Below, one piece after another: positions 25,785-39,434 of a DNA stretch of 64,000 bases. How positions within the stretch are numbered: the first letter of the stretch is position 1; every line of letters begins with the position of its first letter. The notes below the pieces were generated by a model. That model was not told where the DNA came from and ran no database searches. It saw only the letters and a program-made list of their open reading frames with translations. Source of the DNA: Octopus sinensis (lineage: Eukaryota); the NCBI RefSeq assembly GCF_006345805.1, contig NC_043000.1, positions 106,330,001-106,394,000 on the forward strand. Reading direction: 5' to 3'. A program made the position numbers and the translations under genes.

Positions 25785-27880
25785 GTTTTGTGTGTGTATG
25801 TACACACACACACACCACATACATAATTTTACAGCTGAATAAAGTATACATTACATTACTTTCTCTCTCACACACATACATAAAGTGAATATGTTTACAG
25901 TTTTAAAAGATTTTATAAGAAACTCTATATTAAATACCTCAAGAGAACCAAATATCACAATGAAATACATGTAATTAAAAAAGTAGAATGTGCAATAAGA
26001 ATAAGAAGACTTGACTGTGTTCAGTAAATTACTTATTGGCAGAAGATAATAGCAACTAATGCTGTCAACACAAAGATAATGATTACAAGCAGGTTGAACT
26101 GGAGGGAAACAATGATTGTTGAGAGAGTGGTACATAATTCTTCAGAGCAATAGTATATGTCAGATCAAAACTTCAGTTTAATAAGTGTGGGAATGGGACC
26201 AAGACAATAAACTGGAGAAACAATGTGCACAAGCATGAGAAGGAATTTCCAGAAATGTGAACTCAAAAATAGGTGGTTAAGATGCTGTTATTGCCTTAAA
26301 GGAACCATGGAGAGTGGAGTGAATTGAAGAAGTTTTGATTGATGTGTTGTTAAATGGTTGAACTACCTACACAAGTGTTATACATTGAAACTGAGTTAAT
26401 GCTATTTTCTTAAGTCATCTCTCACTTTTCTCATGCATACAAACAGAGCAGATTAGAAAAAATAGTTAACCGTAAAGAATGAAAAGCACCAACAATTCAT
26501 AAAGGAGTTTGGATTTGAAGATTTCTGAAACTCATGTAGAAATGAAACTAAGGATATAAGACAGATTTTAAGATATGTTGGATATATAAAGAAAATAGCA
26601 AATGAGATCCATACAATTCTCCAATTGAGAAAAATGGAAACAGCAATGGAAGAGTCTAAGGAAGCTAGCTTAACTCCTATTTAAAGGATGATATATTTTA
26701 CATTTTACATTAGAATTTATGCAATATCAATATTTAATGAAGGGTCAGAAGTAGACACCTCATCAAGCATGATTTTATGGATTTTAACCCAAAAAAGAAA
26801 GAAAAAATTTAGTTTGATTTCTTGATAAAGATAGAAATTTTCAATTAAATTTCAAGGAGCAGCAGGTTTCCAATATCAAATCTTACAATAACAGGACTAA
26901 TAAACATAAATCAATCTAGTCTGAAGGTTAATGCAACAATAAAATTACATCAAACTTAAGAGGCCAAATTTAAAGAAGAAATAATAGTTGAGTAAAAGAG
27001 AAACAAATATTGATTTTATAGTCAATTAATGAGCAGATGTTGAGTACTGAACAACTGCTTGTCTCAGAATCAATAAAAGTAACATGCTGTAAAACAGCCA
27101 ATTTTGTTAGATTGAGCTATCTACTCAGAGTTAATAAAGCCCATCCAATAGCAACAAAGATATCAACAATAGATTTTAGCTATATTGGGAGTTTCTGTGT
27201 GATCATTTGATAATAGCAGTAGAGTTGCTCTCAAATCACACCCCGTCTTAATAAGAAAGCACATACTGAAGAATGTAGATTTCTGATTAAATTGATTGGG
27301 AAAAAACAGAGATGGTCATAGCTGGACCACCTTTAATAATAAGGTTGCTCAAAAAGTGTTAACTTGAAACTAAACAATAACAATAGATCTTAAAATAAAA
27401 ATAATTTACTGGAAAAAAAAAAGAAGCCTAATCTTCCTCTAAATTTACACATATTTTTAATTTAACATTCTGGAACAAAAACAAGTGTTTAGAGTTTAAC
27501 AACATTGAACAATAAAAAATGTAATGTCAGTTATAAACACATACACAAATACATACACACAAACATATATATGCATGTGTGTCTTCAAACATTAAAAGCA
27601 CACAGTACTCACCAATAATTGAAATAAAAGGGGAGGGAAACAAAGAGCAAGAAAGAAAGCAACAACCAGTTATATATAGAAATGCATGAACAGGCAATGA
27701 TAATACTACAATAATTTGGAAATAAATCAGAACTTAGAAAGTGTTCCTAACTTCTAATCTTACAGATTGCTAAATTGTAAATAAACAGAGATTAAAGTGA
27801 TGATAATATAATTATATAAACAGGAACTGTTGTTATTTTAAGTGTATGTATTGGGTACCATATACACATCTGTGTGTGCT

Positions 27881-27932
<52 letters not shown>

Positions 27933-28989
27933 TACACATATATATGATCAATGGCAGAATCATTAGAGCATCAGAAAAAATACTTCGCAATATTTGTTAA
28001 AGTTCTTTACATTCTACATTTAAATTTCAAATAAATTCTATCTTTTGGTTTGTAAGCACCAGTCTCTATTATGTACTCACAGCAAGTTAAAGACAACATC
28101 AGACCACTGATGTTGTCTTTAACTTCATTCAGGTAACTCCTGTAACAATATTGGTACCAAGCTGTACTGGCCCTTGTCTTTTCTTTGGACAATATCAGTG
28201 GTATGGAGAGGGATGACCAGTTGCAGAGACAGCTGCTGGTCTTCCTTACAATCTTGCCCAGGCCTGTACCCTTGAGAACACACACTAATGTTACTTCACT
28301 GCATTCTATGAATGGAGGCTGAAGCAAGACATTCCAGATCCAGGTCCTTGGTCTCATAAAACATACAGATACCGAAGAAGAGAGGATACTAATCAAATTG
28401 TAGTATTTATATATGTATATTAATTTTACATATAACTTTTTTTCATTCTCAAACCATTATAAATATTCTCATGTTTTATAGTTTATAAATGAACTCCGAT
28501 TGTTAGAGTACCTTTATTTGCAACAGACACATAATATGGAGACAGCATTCGTGTAGTATATGCATCACTCTCCTTATTGTTTAACATTAAGCCCACTCAT
28601 AAGCAGACCTATAATCAAAGATGTTCCAAGTGTGAACATCCTGTCTTTTATCCAGACAGTATACCTAACTCAAAGTATCCTACAGGCTAGAATGCAGTTT
28701 GGGATTTGGCTGCTATATCTATTTAGCTCTCATCCCTCTCCATGCTCTAAAACTATAGCAGAAGTCACATTTGCCATAATAAGCTAACAAACATTCAGGT
28801 ATTATAAATTACTAACAATGCTATCTGTTGATTATTGTAGTATTTATTTACAGCGAATTAGCCTGATATCAAGAAAACAAGTTCTATGTGTTCAATGGTC
28901 AGCAATTTAACAGCCACCCCACCCACCTTTATAGAGTATGAGGTGAGTGTGTGAGCATCCAGTGGATTCATTATTTATTTGCTGCATTT

Positions 28990-29340
28990 GGAGAAAGAAG
29001 TGACGCCCTTAACCTTTGCAGGCTCCCTGAGACTAATGAGCTTTATGTCTTTATTGTTCTATTTAGACTGCTGCAGGTCAACAGTATCTGCAGGAAATAC
29101 ATGGGCAGAGAGAAGATTCTTGAAGGCTGATGTCCTAAAAAGGAAGGACTGAGCATAGAGGTTAATGTGTAGCTGGAAGGGAGGTTAAATGTGTAACAAG
29201 GGTGATGAGATGCGGAGGGATGAGTGGGTTGGGGTGCCTGAGTGGCAGAGGTACAAGACAGACCAGCTCTGAAGAACAGAGTAGTGATAGAAGAGACAGA
29301 CAGAGGAGAGAGTATGCCTGTGCACTAGAGGTTGGAATGT
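28990..29340 (-). mobile_element. Decayed non-LTR retrotransposon 3' end (Jockey/CR1-like)
   Basis: Minus strand RTSAFKNLLSAHVFPADTVDLQQSK*NNK resembles WNxLPAxVFPxxxDLQxFKxxINK. Confidence 0.4.
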
Positions 29341-31415
29341 GTTTGTGAATGATTGAATGCTAATCAGTTAAGTGGCCTGACCATGAATGCAGTCCAGGAT
29401 GTCTGATTATGATTAAAAATAGAATCTGTCAAAGAGCTGAAGAACCAAGAGAGAAGCCAACAACCAACAGCCGACCATACTTGAGGAGTAGATGGATGCA
29501 CCAAGGTGTTTGGCTATTAAAATAAATATTGTTGTACAAATAAGACCTCTTTGGGATGTATATTTTGGATGGATGTATCGATGGACTGGGTCAAGACGAA
29601 TCAAGTTTTGGCTATGCAAATGTTTCAATGTCAGTTCTGAGATACAAACTGCTGATTAAGTTTAGTATCAATTTGTCCAGCTGTGACAATGTGAAACTGT
29701 AGAATATATTTAAAGTCACACACATACTAATTACAACTTAACTTAGGATATACACAACAGATGGTGTAAAAATAAAGTTGTATGTTGCTGGTAGATGTAT
29801 AAGAACCAATATACTGGAGCAAGAATGTACAACTGTAGGTGGTGGATGATTGAATCAGTAGAGAATCAGACCATATATCATATGGTTCTGGAGCTGATAA
29901 AAAAGTACTAGACTAAAATCCTTAAAAGGGATGCAGAAGCAACACGTCTAAGAATGAGCCAACAAAAGAGCCCTTTCCTAGTTGCTGGACTTGCTAGAAA
30001 TAGCAGTGAAATCTACCTCAAACCACACACTAACATCTTGAAAAAATGACAATTTAGTCTTAGATATACTGTCTGAATAGAAGTTTGAGATAGTCACAGC
30101 AGAAACATCTGACCATAGATTTGTCAGTCCTATTAATTCACACTTGGAGCTAAATAACCCAATGATTGAATAAAAAGCAATAAAAAAAAAATCAGAATTT
30201 GAACCAAGTATCACAGTCTGTTTTAACTAGCCAAAACTGGAATGTTTCAATAACAAAATATTAAAAAATCAAAGCGTTCACTTTAATCACCCACCCAATA
30301 GCAGCTTTCCACTGATTTTCTCATAAAGATATAAGCTATAGATGGAATAAAAGATGTTTAACACTGATAACAAGACAAAGTGTATTTGTGTGTGAGCAAT
30401 ATCTTTTTTTTTTTTTACAACACTATTGTTAATTCTAGGTGTTTCAAATACCACATTTTTAGGGGAGAAAATGACAAAATTGAAAGCTTGGACAAGCTCT
30501 AAAGAGTCATTACATTTGAACAACATTACTGCATGCATGCAACTATTATCTGGGGCAATTGCTGCAGAATTACTGACATTTAAATAATTTAAGCAAATTA
30601 ATTTTTTTTTTTTTACATCAAACATACTCCTTACCCTTAAAAAAGCTGAAAAAAAATCCCCTTTTTTTGTTGCATATTGATATTTTAGGTTATAGAGAAA
30701 CAAAATCATTGTCACCACCATCAGTCAGCACACACCTCTTTCAGGATTTATAAAAGAGACATTTTGCTTTGTGCATCTGTATAGATATGGGTGTACACAA
30801 GTTAGAAACTAGATATATTGAAAGACAGAAAGACAGTCACACACTCACATACATAAAAAGAAAATTAATGAAAAAAAATGAATTCAACAGGCCAAATCAT
30901 GACAAGATCTGATAGCATGATACATGACGATGTGTTGTAGTGTAAACTACAAGTTGTTTAAACTTGTCTGTTTAACAATAACAGAGTTTAACTTGGAACA
31001 TTAGCTAAACAATAATGATATAACATCTCAGGAAAGGATGTGTAGAGACAAAAACCTAATAAAAGTTCACAAGCTGTGGTTTCAAGCAAAGAAAGAAAGG
31101 TTCAGAAATATTTCTTAAACCATATCTTTATATTTTCTTATTTATTTATTTTTTTTATAGTAATCAGTGGCTTGCTGAAGAGAAGCAAGCAGCTGTGATT
31201 AAGCTGACTACTTACTGATGTGCGTGTGTGCATGTGTGTATATATTAGGTGTTCAGAGAGAGACTTGCTAAACACAGCCATATTTTTTTAGAATAACAGG
31301 GAGCCAGTTCACATGGCACCCACCCAAAAGATTGCATAATTATATTTTGTCTTGAATATTTTTTCTTATTCTTTTTTTTTTTTGGTATTTTTTTTTTACC
31401 CATTTTACCAGTTAC

Positions 31416-31819
31416 CTGGACCTGGAGCCTGAACAGTTTCTCCTATGTGACTGCCTCTTCCTCTTCTCATCTGACTGCCCTCTCTCTGATGCAATTTGTT
31501 GGTCTGAGGTGGCACTGGATACTGAGGAAGACCGTGATCGAGATCTGGAAATGGACCGAGATTGCGAGCGCTGTGAGCTGGATCGTGATGAACGACTGGA
31601 AGATGAAGAAGGACTGCGAGAGTAGGACCGAGAACGACTCCGTGATCGGCTGCCTGAACCGGACGATGAACTGTAGCTGGATGCTGACCGAGAGGAAGAC
31701 CGAGATGAACTAGACCGGGAACGAGATTTACGACTTTTTGATTTGTCATTCTCTTCTTCAGAGTCAACCAGTTTATATTTAGATAAATCACCATCTTCAT
31801 CATCATCTTCCTCATCCTC
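31416..31819 (-). CDS. ZRANB2: ZRANB2 acidic/RS-domain exon (404 bp)
   Basis: Acceptor atatcaacag, donor AG|GTAACT. EDEEDDDEDGDLSKYKLVDSEEENDKSKSRKSRSRSSSSRSSSRS...RKRQSHRRNCSGSRS. Confidence 0.9.
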
Positions 31820-33163
31820 CTGTTGATATTAAATAAAATTAAATAAATGAGAACAATGGAGCAAAGATAGGTGTAATGAAGACTGGGGGAGTTGAGGAGA
31901 CTGGTGATGTGGGAAAAAATAGATGGAGCAAAGAGTAGACAGGTAGAGTGGACAGGATATAGATGACGGGAAAATATGAGTGTAGTGGAGAGGGGATGAG
32001 TGGAGGAGAGAGAGCAGGTGAGTAAAAAGGAAAGAGCAGATGAGTAAAAAGGAGAGAGACAAGAGAAAATAAAAAGGAGATGGAGCAAGTCTGTCTCTAG
32101 CTTTCTCTCTAAACTTCTCCAACCTTCCTTGTCCTACTGGGGTAGCCAAGTATTTCCTCTATAGTAAGACTACTATCTGTCCCTCTGTCATACTTTAACC
32201 TCTCGCCTAGGGCAAGAAAACGTGCAACAAAGACAGAACATACAGGGCAAAAGTGGAGAGAGAAACAAGGAATAAGTAATAAAGATCAACTTTTATGTAT
32301 GTGTGTCTGTGTACATGTGTTTATACTTGTACTTTTCCAAAATTACTAGACTACAAGCAATGATGTTGCCATTTCCCCTATTGACACAATCATCCACTGG
32401 CTTTCAAACTTTAAAGACATATGGAATAATAGACCTCTTACTAGAAAAACAGATAAGAGTTAGGGACAAGAAAGGCATCTGGCTGTAAAACATGCTTTAA
32501 TAATATATATTCCTCTAACCTATACAAAAACAGATATAAAAATAAACAAAACATATACACACACACATTTATATATCATCATCATCATCATGTCGTGCTT
32601 GAGAAGAAGACCCATCAAGCCAAGTAAAATTGCTATCGTGGCAGATACCCATGTCATGCAAATGGCACCTGTGCTGGTGGCATGTAAAAGCACCTATTAC
32701 ACTCTCAGAGTGGTTGGCATTAGGAAGGGTATCCAGCCATAGAAACCATGACAAATCAGCTTGGAGTCTGGTGCAGCTTGCCAGCCCTGGTCAAACCATC
32801 CAACCCATGCAAGCATGGACAACAGATACTAAATGGTGATGATCATCATCATTTTAATATCCATTTGTCCATGCTTGCATGGGCCAGATGAAACTTATGA
32901 CAGATTTTCTTGAGCTTGATGCTTTTCCTTACACCAACCATCATTGGTTTCTAAGGAAGATAATATTTTTGGGGCCCTTTAAACAACAGCCAGGTAGGTT
33001 TTCACAGAACACTTTAAACAAAGAACACCATTTTGTATGAATGGTTTCTTTGTTTGCAGTTAGTAAGAAAATGTCCAAAGAGGAAGTCAAAAATGCATCC
33101 ACATACACCTAAGACTAAAAAAAAAGAAAAACTACATAAAAACAATAAAAAGAGAATATTTAC

Positions 33164-33334
33164 CTCAGAGTCCAGTTTGTACTTTGATACATCACCAGCT
33201 CCATCCTCATCTTCATCATCCTCTTCCTCCTCTTTATTGTCATCCTCATCAACACTACGAGCAGTATCTTTTGGTATGGTTGCCTTATCTTTTTCATCAT
33301 CAGCTTTTCGGAACTTTTTCTTTTTACGTCCAAA
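33164..33334 (-). CDS. ZRANB2: ZRANB2 NLS/acidic exon (171 bp)
   Basis: Acceptor ctccatttttag, donor GAG|GTAAAT. FGRKKKKFRKADDEKDK...EEEEDDEDEDGAGDVSKYKLDSE (human FGRKKKKYRGK...DLSKYKLD). Confidence 0.92.
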
Positions 33335-33799
33335 CTAAAAATGGAGAAATAAATAAACAATGACATGAAGAGATGTCAACAAACCATAGAAGCAACAAAC
33401 AGAAAATAAAACTATCACCAGCATCTTACAATCTATCCAGAAAGGAACAATCTGTAACGTGTTTCTACCACAGTCAGAAAGGCCAACTGACGTAAAAAAA
33501 AATGTTAAATTTGTAAAACTGACTATATTTATTAAGTCAGTAAATCTTAGTCTCAGATACACACACACACACACATCATTATCATCATTTAATGTTTATG
33601 TTCCAGGCTAGAATGAGCTGGACAGTTTGACAGTATCCAATGAGTCAAAGAACTACATTGTGCTCCAATCTCTGCTTTGGTATGGTTTCTACAGCTGGAT
33701 GCCTTTTTTAATGCCAACCACCTCACAGCATTGTACTGGGTGCCTTTTTTTAGTGCCTCTTGCAGGACTACAAACCCTGGGAGAGGGAAATTGGAGTGG

Positions 33800-34260
33800 C
33801 TGGGATGGGAGAAGGTGAGAGCATGGGCAAAGTTCAGAGAATTACTACCTTTTTTTTGGTAACAAAGAGCCTCTCCCTCAAAGTGAAAGGCAGATTGGAT
33901 GATGCCTGTATATGTACAGCCATGCTACATGCCAGTGAAATATGGGCTGTGATTGCAGAGGACAAGCAAAGGCTTGAAAGAAATTAAGCCAGCATGCTCC
34001 ACTGGATGTGCAATGTCAGTGTGCATATGTTTTAAGAAAAAGATTGGTTATAAGAGGCATCAGATGTAGTGTGCTTGAGTGATGACTGCACTGGTATTGT
34101 CATGTGATACATATGGATGATGACAGCTGCATAAAGAAGTGTTGATCTCTAATAGTGGAGGGGACCTGAAGAAGGAATAGACCCAGGAAGATGACAAGTG
34201 ACTTCTGGTGATTTGCTGGGCTTGAGAAGACATGTCAAGCTAAGTGAAATCATGGCCATC
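33800..34260 (+). mobile_element. RTE LINE RT 3' fragment in a ZRANB2 intron (antisense)
   Basis: LVTKSLSLKVKGRLDDACICTAMLHASEIWAVIAEDKQRLERN, collinear with the 46800-47300 copy. Confidence 0.8.
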
Positions 34261-34924
34261 CACACATACATGTTCTTTACAGCCATGTCCCCTACCACAC
34301 ACACACACACACACACAATTATCTGACCTCTGTCAAAACATTTTAATACCTGCTGCATGCCCCTTAACTCTCTCTCATATGCCTATCTGCACACTTTCCA
34401 TGCCCTCCCACATCTTCCTTATTTCTGTCTCAGCCACTCCAATTTTCCTCACTATCACTTGCTAGTCATGTCTTCCCCATCTCTAAACATACCCCTCTAT
34501 TCCCTCTATACTACTTATGCCCCACTACCACCCCCAACACCACTGTTCCTTGTAAGCAAGCCCTAATACATCTCCAAAACCACCTGTTTCTTTCTCTCTC
34601 TCTCTCTCACTCACTTTATTTCTCTCTAACTTTCTGTCTCCTACTGGATATTAGGAAGAGCATCCAGCCATAGGAACCATGCCAAAATAGACAGCTGGAG
34701 CCTGGTACAGCTCTCCGGCTTACCAACTCCAATCAAACAGTTCAACCCATGCCAACATGATAAACAGATGTTAAATGATGATGATTATGTATACACACAC
34801 ACACATTAACATGAAATATTCTATGCAATGCAAGGAAATAACATTCAGCAAAACTAACAGACAACAATAGTTTATAACGGACAAATGGACAGAGGTTGGT
34901 GCTGAACTATTAGTCCCAACTTAC

Positions 34925-35004
34925 TTCATCATATTCATCATCAGACTCATTCCTTTTGATGTATTCTACTACTTCATCTCTTTCCATATAACCACCACCA
35001 TAAC
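34925..35004 (-). CDS. ZRANB2: ZRANB2 exon (80 bp)
   Basis: Acceptor cttttcatattcag, donor |GTAAGT. (G)YGGGYMERDEVVEYIKRNESDDEYDE vs human GYGGGFNERENVEYIEREESDGEYDE. Confidence 0.95.
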
Positions 35005-35889
35005 CTGAATATGAAAAGAAAAAGGAAACAAAAACAGGTTAAAATCATCATTGCTACCATCACAAACACATATTATACATGGTTGTGTGGTTAAGAAGTT
35101 AACTCTGCAACCATATGTTTTGGGGTTCAATCCCACTATAAGATACACTCGACAAGTGTCTTCTACTATAGCCTTCTGAATGTAGCCATCAAGCCAAGTA
35201 AAATTGCAATCGTGGCAGATACCGGTGTCATGTAAATGGCACCCATGCTGGTGGCATGTAAAAGCACCTATTACACTCTCAGAGTGGTTGGCTTTAGGAA
35301 GGGTATCCAGCTGTAAAAAACCATGCCATATCAGACTGGAGTCTGGTGCAACTTGCCAGCCCTGGTCAAACAATCCAACCCATGCAACTACTACAAAGCC
35401 TTCTGAATGAAACTGGTACAAAGAAACTTTACAGAAGTCTATTATGTGTATGTGCGCATTAGTTTATGTGCCTGCACAAGTACACAACTGTTTATAATCC
35501 TTATTGACATCATTTCCAGTTATTCTATGCTTTCAAAAATCAGAGGAATAAAAAAAAAACTTTATAAAAAAAATGGTTAATAAGAAGGGTATCTAGCCAT
35601 AAAATGCTGCCTTAAGTAGTCCCTATTCAACTCATAATAGCATAGAAATATGGACATCAATAGAACAAACAAATTTGGGGGAAAGCTCTCCACCAGAGAA
35701 ACTTTCTTTTCAAGGTACACCTCAATTTTAGCTTTTTTACTAAACTGATAAAATGACCCAGTTAGTTTTTTCAGTTTCTAATAAAACAAAATTCTATTTG
35801 GAAAACAGAATTAAATAACTTAGAAACAATACAGATTAATCAACAACAATAGAAAAAAAAACGAATAAATAAATAAAAACCACACTTAC

Positions 35890-35972
35890 CCGTTCGTGGT
35901 TCAATCCTGCCATATTTCGGAGCATTGCACATGTTACAAGCTGTCCTTCGAGCCCAGTTCACATTACCACAA
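35890..35972 (-). CDS. ZRANB2: ZRANB2 exon (83 bp), second half of RanBP2 zinc finger 2
   Basis: Acceptor gctatctag, donor G|GTAAGT. (S)CGNVNWARRTACNMCNAPKYGRIEPRT vs human CSNVNWARRSECNMCNTPKYAKLEERT. Confidence 0.97.
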
Positions 35973-38497
35973 CTAGATAGCACCACATAAAAAACAACAG
36001 ATAATCAACAATTTTCTTCAGAGTTCTGCATAAAAGTCTTTTATCTATAAGACAATAGGTTTAGAAATATTTTTTTTTAACAGAGATCATATCTCCAGCC
36101 CTCATACCTCAGTTAATTTGTCTGTGAGGAGTAACATTCTGAGAGCTGACCCACCACTTCTTTCCAACTCTTCCTCTGACAAAATTTCTTCCATTCAAAA
36201 CCAGTATTTTTACATTCATCACTCAGCATCCAGTTATATTACAGGTCCACACCAGAACAGCCGTCTCTTACATACATTAGTTGATATCTTTAGTGTTCAG
36301 CTGAATTCTCAGCTTACTGGGGCTCTGTCAGCATTATATATGTTTCACACTGAATAAATGCCCAGATGCATGCAAAGATATCACAGACAGTACAGATACC
36401 AACACCAAGGAAGGAGCCTCTACATACTCATTCAACTTGACAGAAAGAGCAATCAAATCTTTAAAAAAAGAGAGTGGGTGCACAATGGATAATATATTAA
36501 ATGCAATGTCTCAAGGGAAAAAAAAAAGGATGGTAACAGCTGCAATGCATTGATCGCAGATATGACTGAACAAGAGCAATAACACCAACATTAGATGGGA
36601 AATGTGTGCCATTAAGTTAAGAATTCATTTATTCATTCATAAAGACAAGTGGCTGTTGCAAGAGTTTCTGTTTGTTTTTCTTTTAGACATGACTGTGTGG
36701 TTAAGAAACTAGCTTGGTAATGATATGGTTTCAAGTTCAGTCCCACTGTGCAGCACCTTGGGCAAGTGTCTTATACTATAGCCCTGGGTCAACTAATGCC
36801 TTGTGAATGAATTTGGTAAACAAAAACAGTTTAAAATTCAATTGTATTGTGTGTGTGTATACATATGTGTGTTTATGTATATGTATGTGTGTGTTTGTTC
36901 TCCACTTACTGTTTGACAACCGTGTTGAATTGTTTACATCCCTATAACTTAGTGGTTCAACAAACAATATAAACTGATTAAGTGTCTGACTTAAAAAATA
37001 AGTCCTGGGATTAATCTGTTCAACCAAACTTTTCAAAGGATGCCCCAGCATGGCCATAGTCCAACAGCTGAAACAAAATTAAAGATGCTCAAGCTAAGCG
37101 TCAGCTGTGTTTCGCACTAGACATGCAGGTTGGGACCCTGCCCACCCACTAAGCCATGACAAAAAAAAAAAAAAAAAAAAATACCCCCCCACCCCACATG
37201 TGCAGGTGGCACGTAAAAGCACCCACTAAATTCTTGGAGTGGTTGGTGTTAGGAAGGGCATCCAGCTGTAGAAACCATGCCAAATCAGAATGAAATATGG
37301 TGCAGCTCCCCAGCTTACCACTTTTCAGTCAAACTATCTAACCAATTTTAGAAATATTACATTTCTGATTTATACAGTAGCAGCATGATAAAGTAATGGT
37401 TTGTTGCTTGTGTCACATGGCCAACTGGAAACGGTGTTTCCTGGGGCTAAATAGCAGTAGCATTTTTCCCTTTCCTGGGACTGCCACATTAAGTTGGCAA
37501 CAAACCATCACTTTGTCTAACCAATGTCAGCATGGAAAACAGATGTTAAATGATGATGATGATGATAAAAAAACCCATTATTTTGTGTCTCTAGACAAGA
37601 AACATTATATTTATACCAGTCTGTCTGAAAAGGTTACTTCTACTTCAGGACTGAGCGGTTCAGTAATAAGGACAATCATCAAATGATGATTACAACAGAG
37701 AGGTCAGTAGTCATTATCATCATTTAATGTTCACTTTTAGGTGTTTGTATGGATCGGATGGAATTTGTTGAGGTGAATTTTCTACAGCTGGATGCCTTTC
37801 CTGTTGCCAACCATCACCTGTTTCCAAGTAACACAACATTCCCCATGACCAGACATGTTTGCCTTAAGGTGGCATTTGTTTACAACTGTCACATCAAGTT
37901 AGGGTAAGGAGACAATAACACACATACATATACACAAACTCATACGTATGCATGCATATATGCGATGGGTTCTTTCAGTTTCTGTCCACCAAATCCACTC
38001 ATAAGGTTTTAATCAACCAAAATGTATAGTAGGAGACACTTGCAAAAGGTGCCATGCAGTGGGACTGAAGCAAACTTCTGACAACACAACCACACCTAAG
38101 AAGGATAACTAATTATAAAAAAAAAAATACAAAAAAAAACCTTCTGCCCTAACTCCCTGTATATATCCAAAAATTGACAAGAGTCAAGTTTGTAATACAA
38201 GTTTGACCCTTTTAATATCAATTTTGCTTGACAGTACTTGTATTAAAGTATTCATGTTTAAATTAAAATCTAATTAAAACATATTTCAGATGGTCAAGCC
38301 AATAAGGGTGTTTCTATATGGTCCCATGACCTGCTAGAAATAGCAAGAAGACACCTCTAAAAAGATGTGATGATCATAGGTGGGGGTAGGGGTCAAACAA
38401 AGACACCACCCTTTTACTAAACTTCACCTTGGTAATGCTGAAAATATAGCAATTTACTTATAGTAACAAAAGTTTTATAACAAATTTATCAGCTTAC

Positions 38498-38603
38498 CTT
38501 TTACACTGCCAGTCATCAGCACTAAATAGACCCCTGCTTTTTTCTGCCATTGCCTTGCCAATCTCCGTGCCACCTTTTTTGTACGAGACAATTTCCTTTT
38601 TAT
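38498..38603 (-). CDS. ZRANB2: ZRANB2 exon (106 bp), linker and start of zinc finger 2
   Basis: Acceptor ctttgttctttag, donor AG|GTAAGC. (D)KKEIVSYKKGGTEIGKAMAEKSRGLFSADDWQCK vs human KAGGTEIGKTLAEKSRGLFSANDWQCK. Confidence 0.97.
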
Positions 38604-39151
38604 CTAAAGAACAAAGAGTTTTAGAATTAGATTTGAGACATAAGAAAACACAGTATAAACACTATTTGGCAAACTAATGGGGTAGCCAATAAGTAAATAT
38701 GCAACCTGCTGGATATGGAAACTAAATCTCACTCAAATCACACCCTTCTGTCTCAAAAAAATAAAAGAGCTTTGGACAATTTAACCCTAGGTACACTATT
38801 CTAGAAAAAAGGAGAAAAGTAGGTTGATCACTGCTAGAACTCTAATCATAAATCAGCTTGATAAGGGCTGAGCTGAAGGTACACAACAAAGAAAAGTACA
38901 ATAGATAATGTCTGTAAAATGAAAGGAAAAAAGGAAGAGATGATCACAACTGGAACATCTCTGATCATGTCTGCTTGGTCAGAGATGACCTGAGACTAAA
39001 CTTATTTTACAGCAAGGTTCAAAATCTCAAACACTAAATCAGAAGTGTTACCAGATAATGTTTATGATAAAATTGAGCCAACAAGGAAACTTCTCAACCT
39101 GCTAGAAATAGTAGATGACTATCTCAAAACACAATATTCTGTCTAATAAAG

Positions 39152-39434
39152 CAGTAGTTACCAAACTTTTCCAGGTTACTGCCCCCTTGGCATCTAGGCC
39201 ACACTCCTAGCTCGCCCCCCTCACCATCACAAATATAGACCACTTTCTGTGGCAAATTCAAAACAACTGTATTTCACAAATAAAACTCAAACCTAATTAA
39301 CCTATTAATGTTTTTTTTACATCTATCACCCCATTTTGGCCACCCCATTATCATCCCACTTTTCTTTAATGCCCCAGCCCCAAGATCTTTGCAATTCTCC
39401 AAGGGGGCAGTACTGCCCACTTTGGGAACCACTG
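39152..39434. mobile_element. hAT-Charlie-like MITE
   Basis: Ends CAGTAGTTACCAAACTTT... and ...TTTGGGAACCACTG. 8-bp flanks TAATAAAG and TTATAAAC (6/8 match). Confidence 0.65.

Noticed and set aside
28007-28396. 129-aa ORF as a standalone gene
   Set aside because: Intronic with no homology recognised; kept only as a candidate cassette exon.
31405-32088. Longest ORF in the track (227 aa, -)
   Set aside because: Wrong-frame reading of the ZRANB2 RS exon plus an intronic pyrimidine tract.
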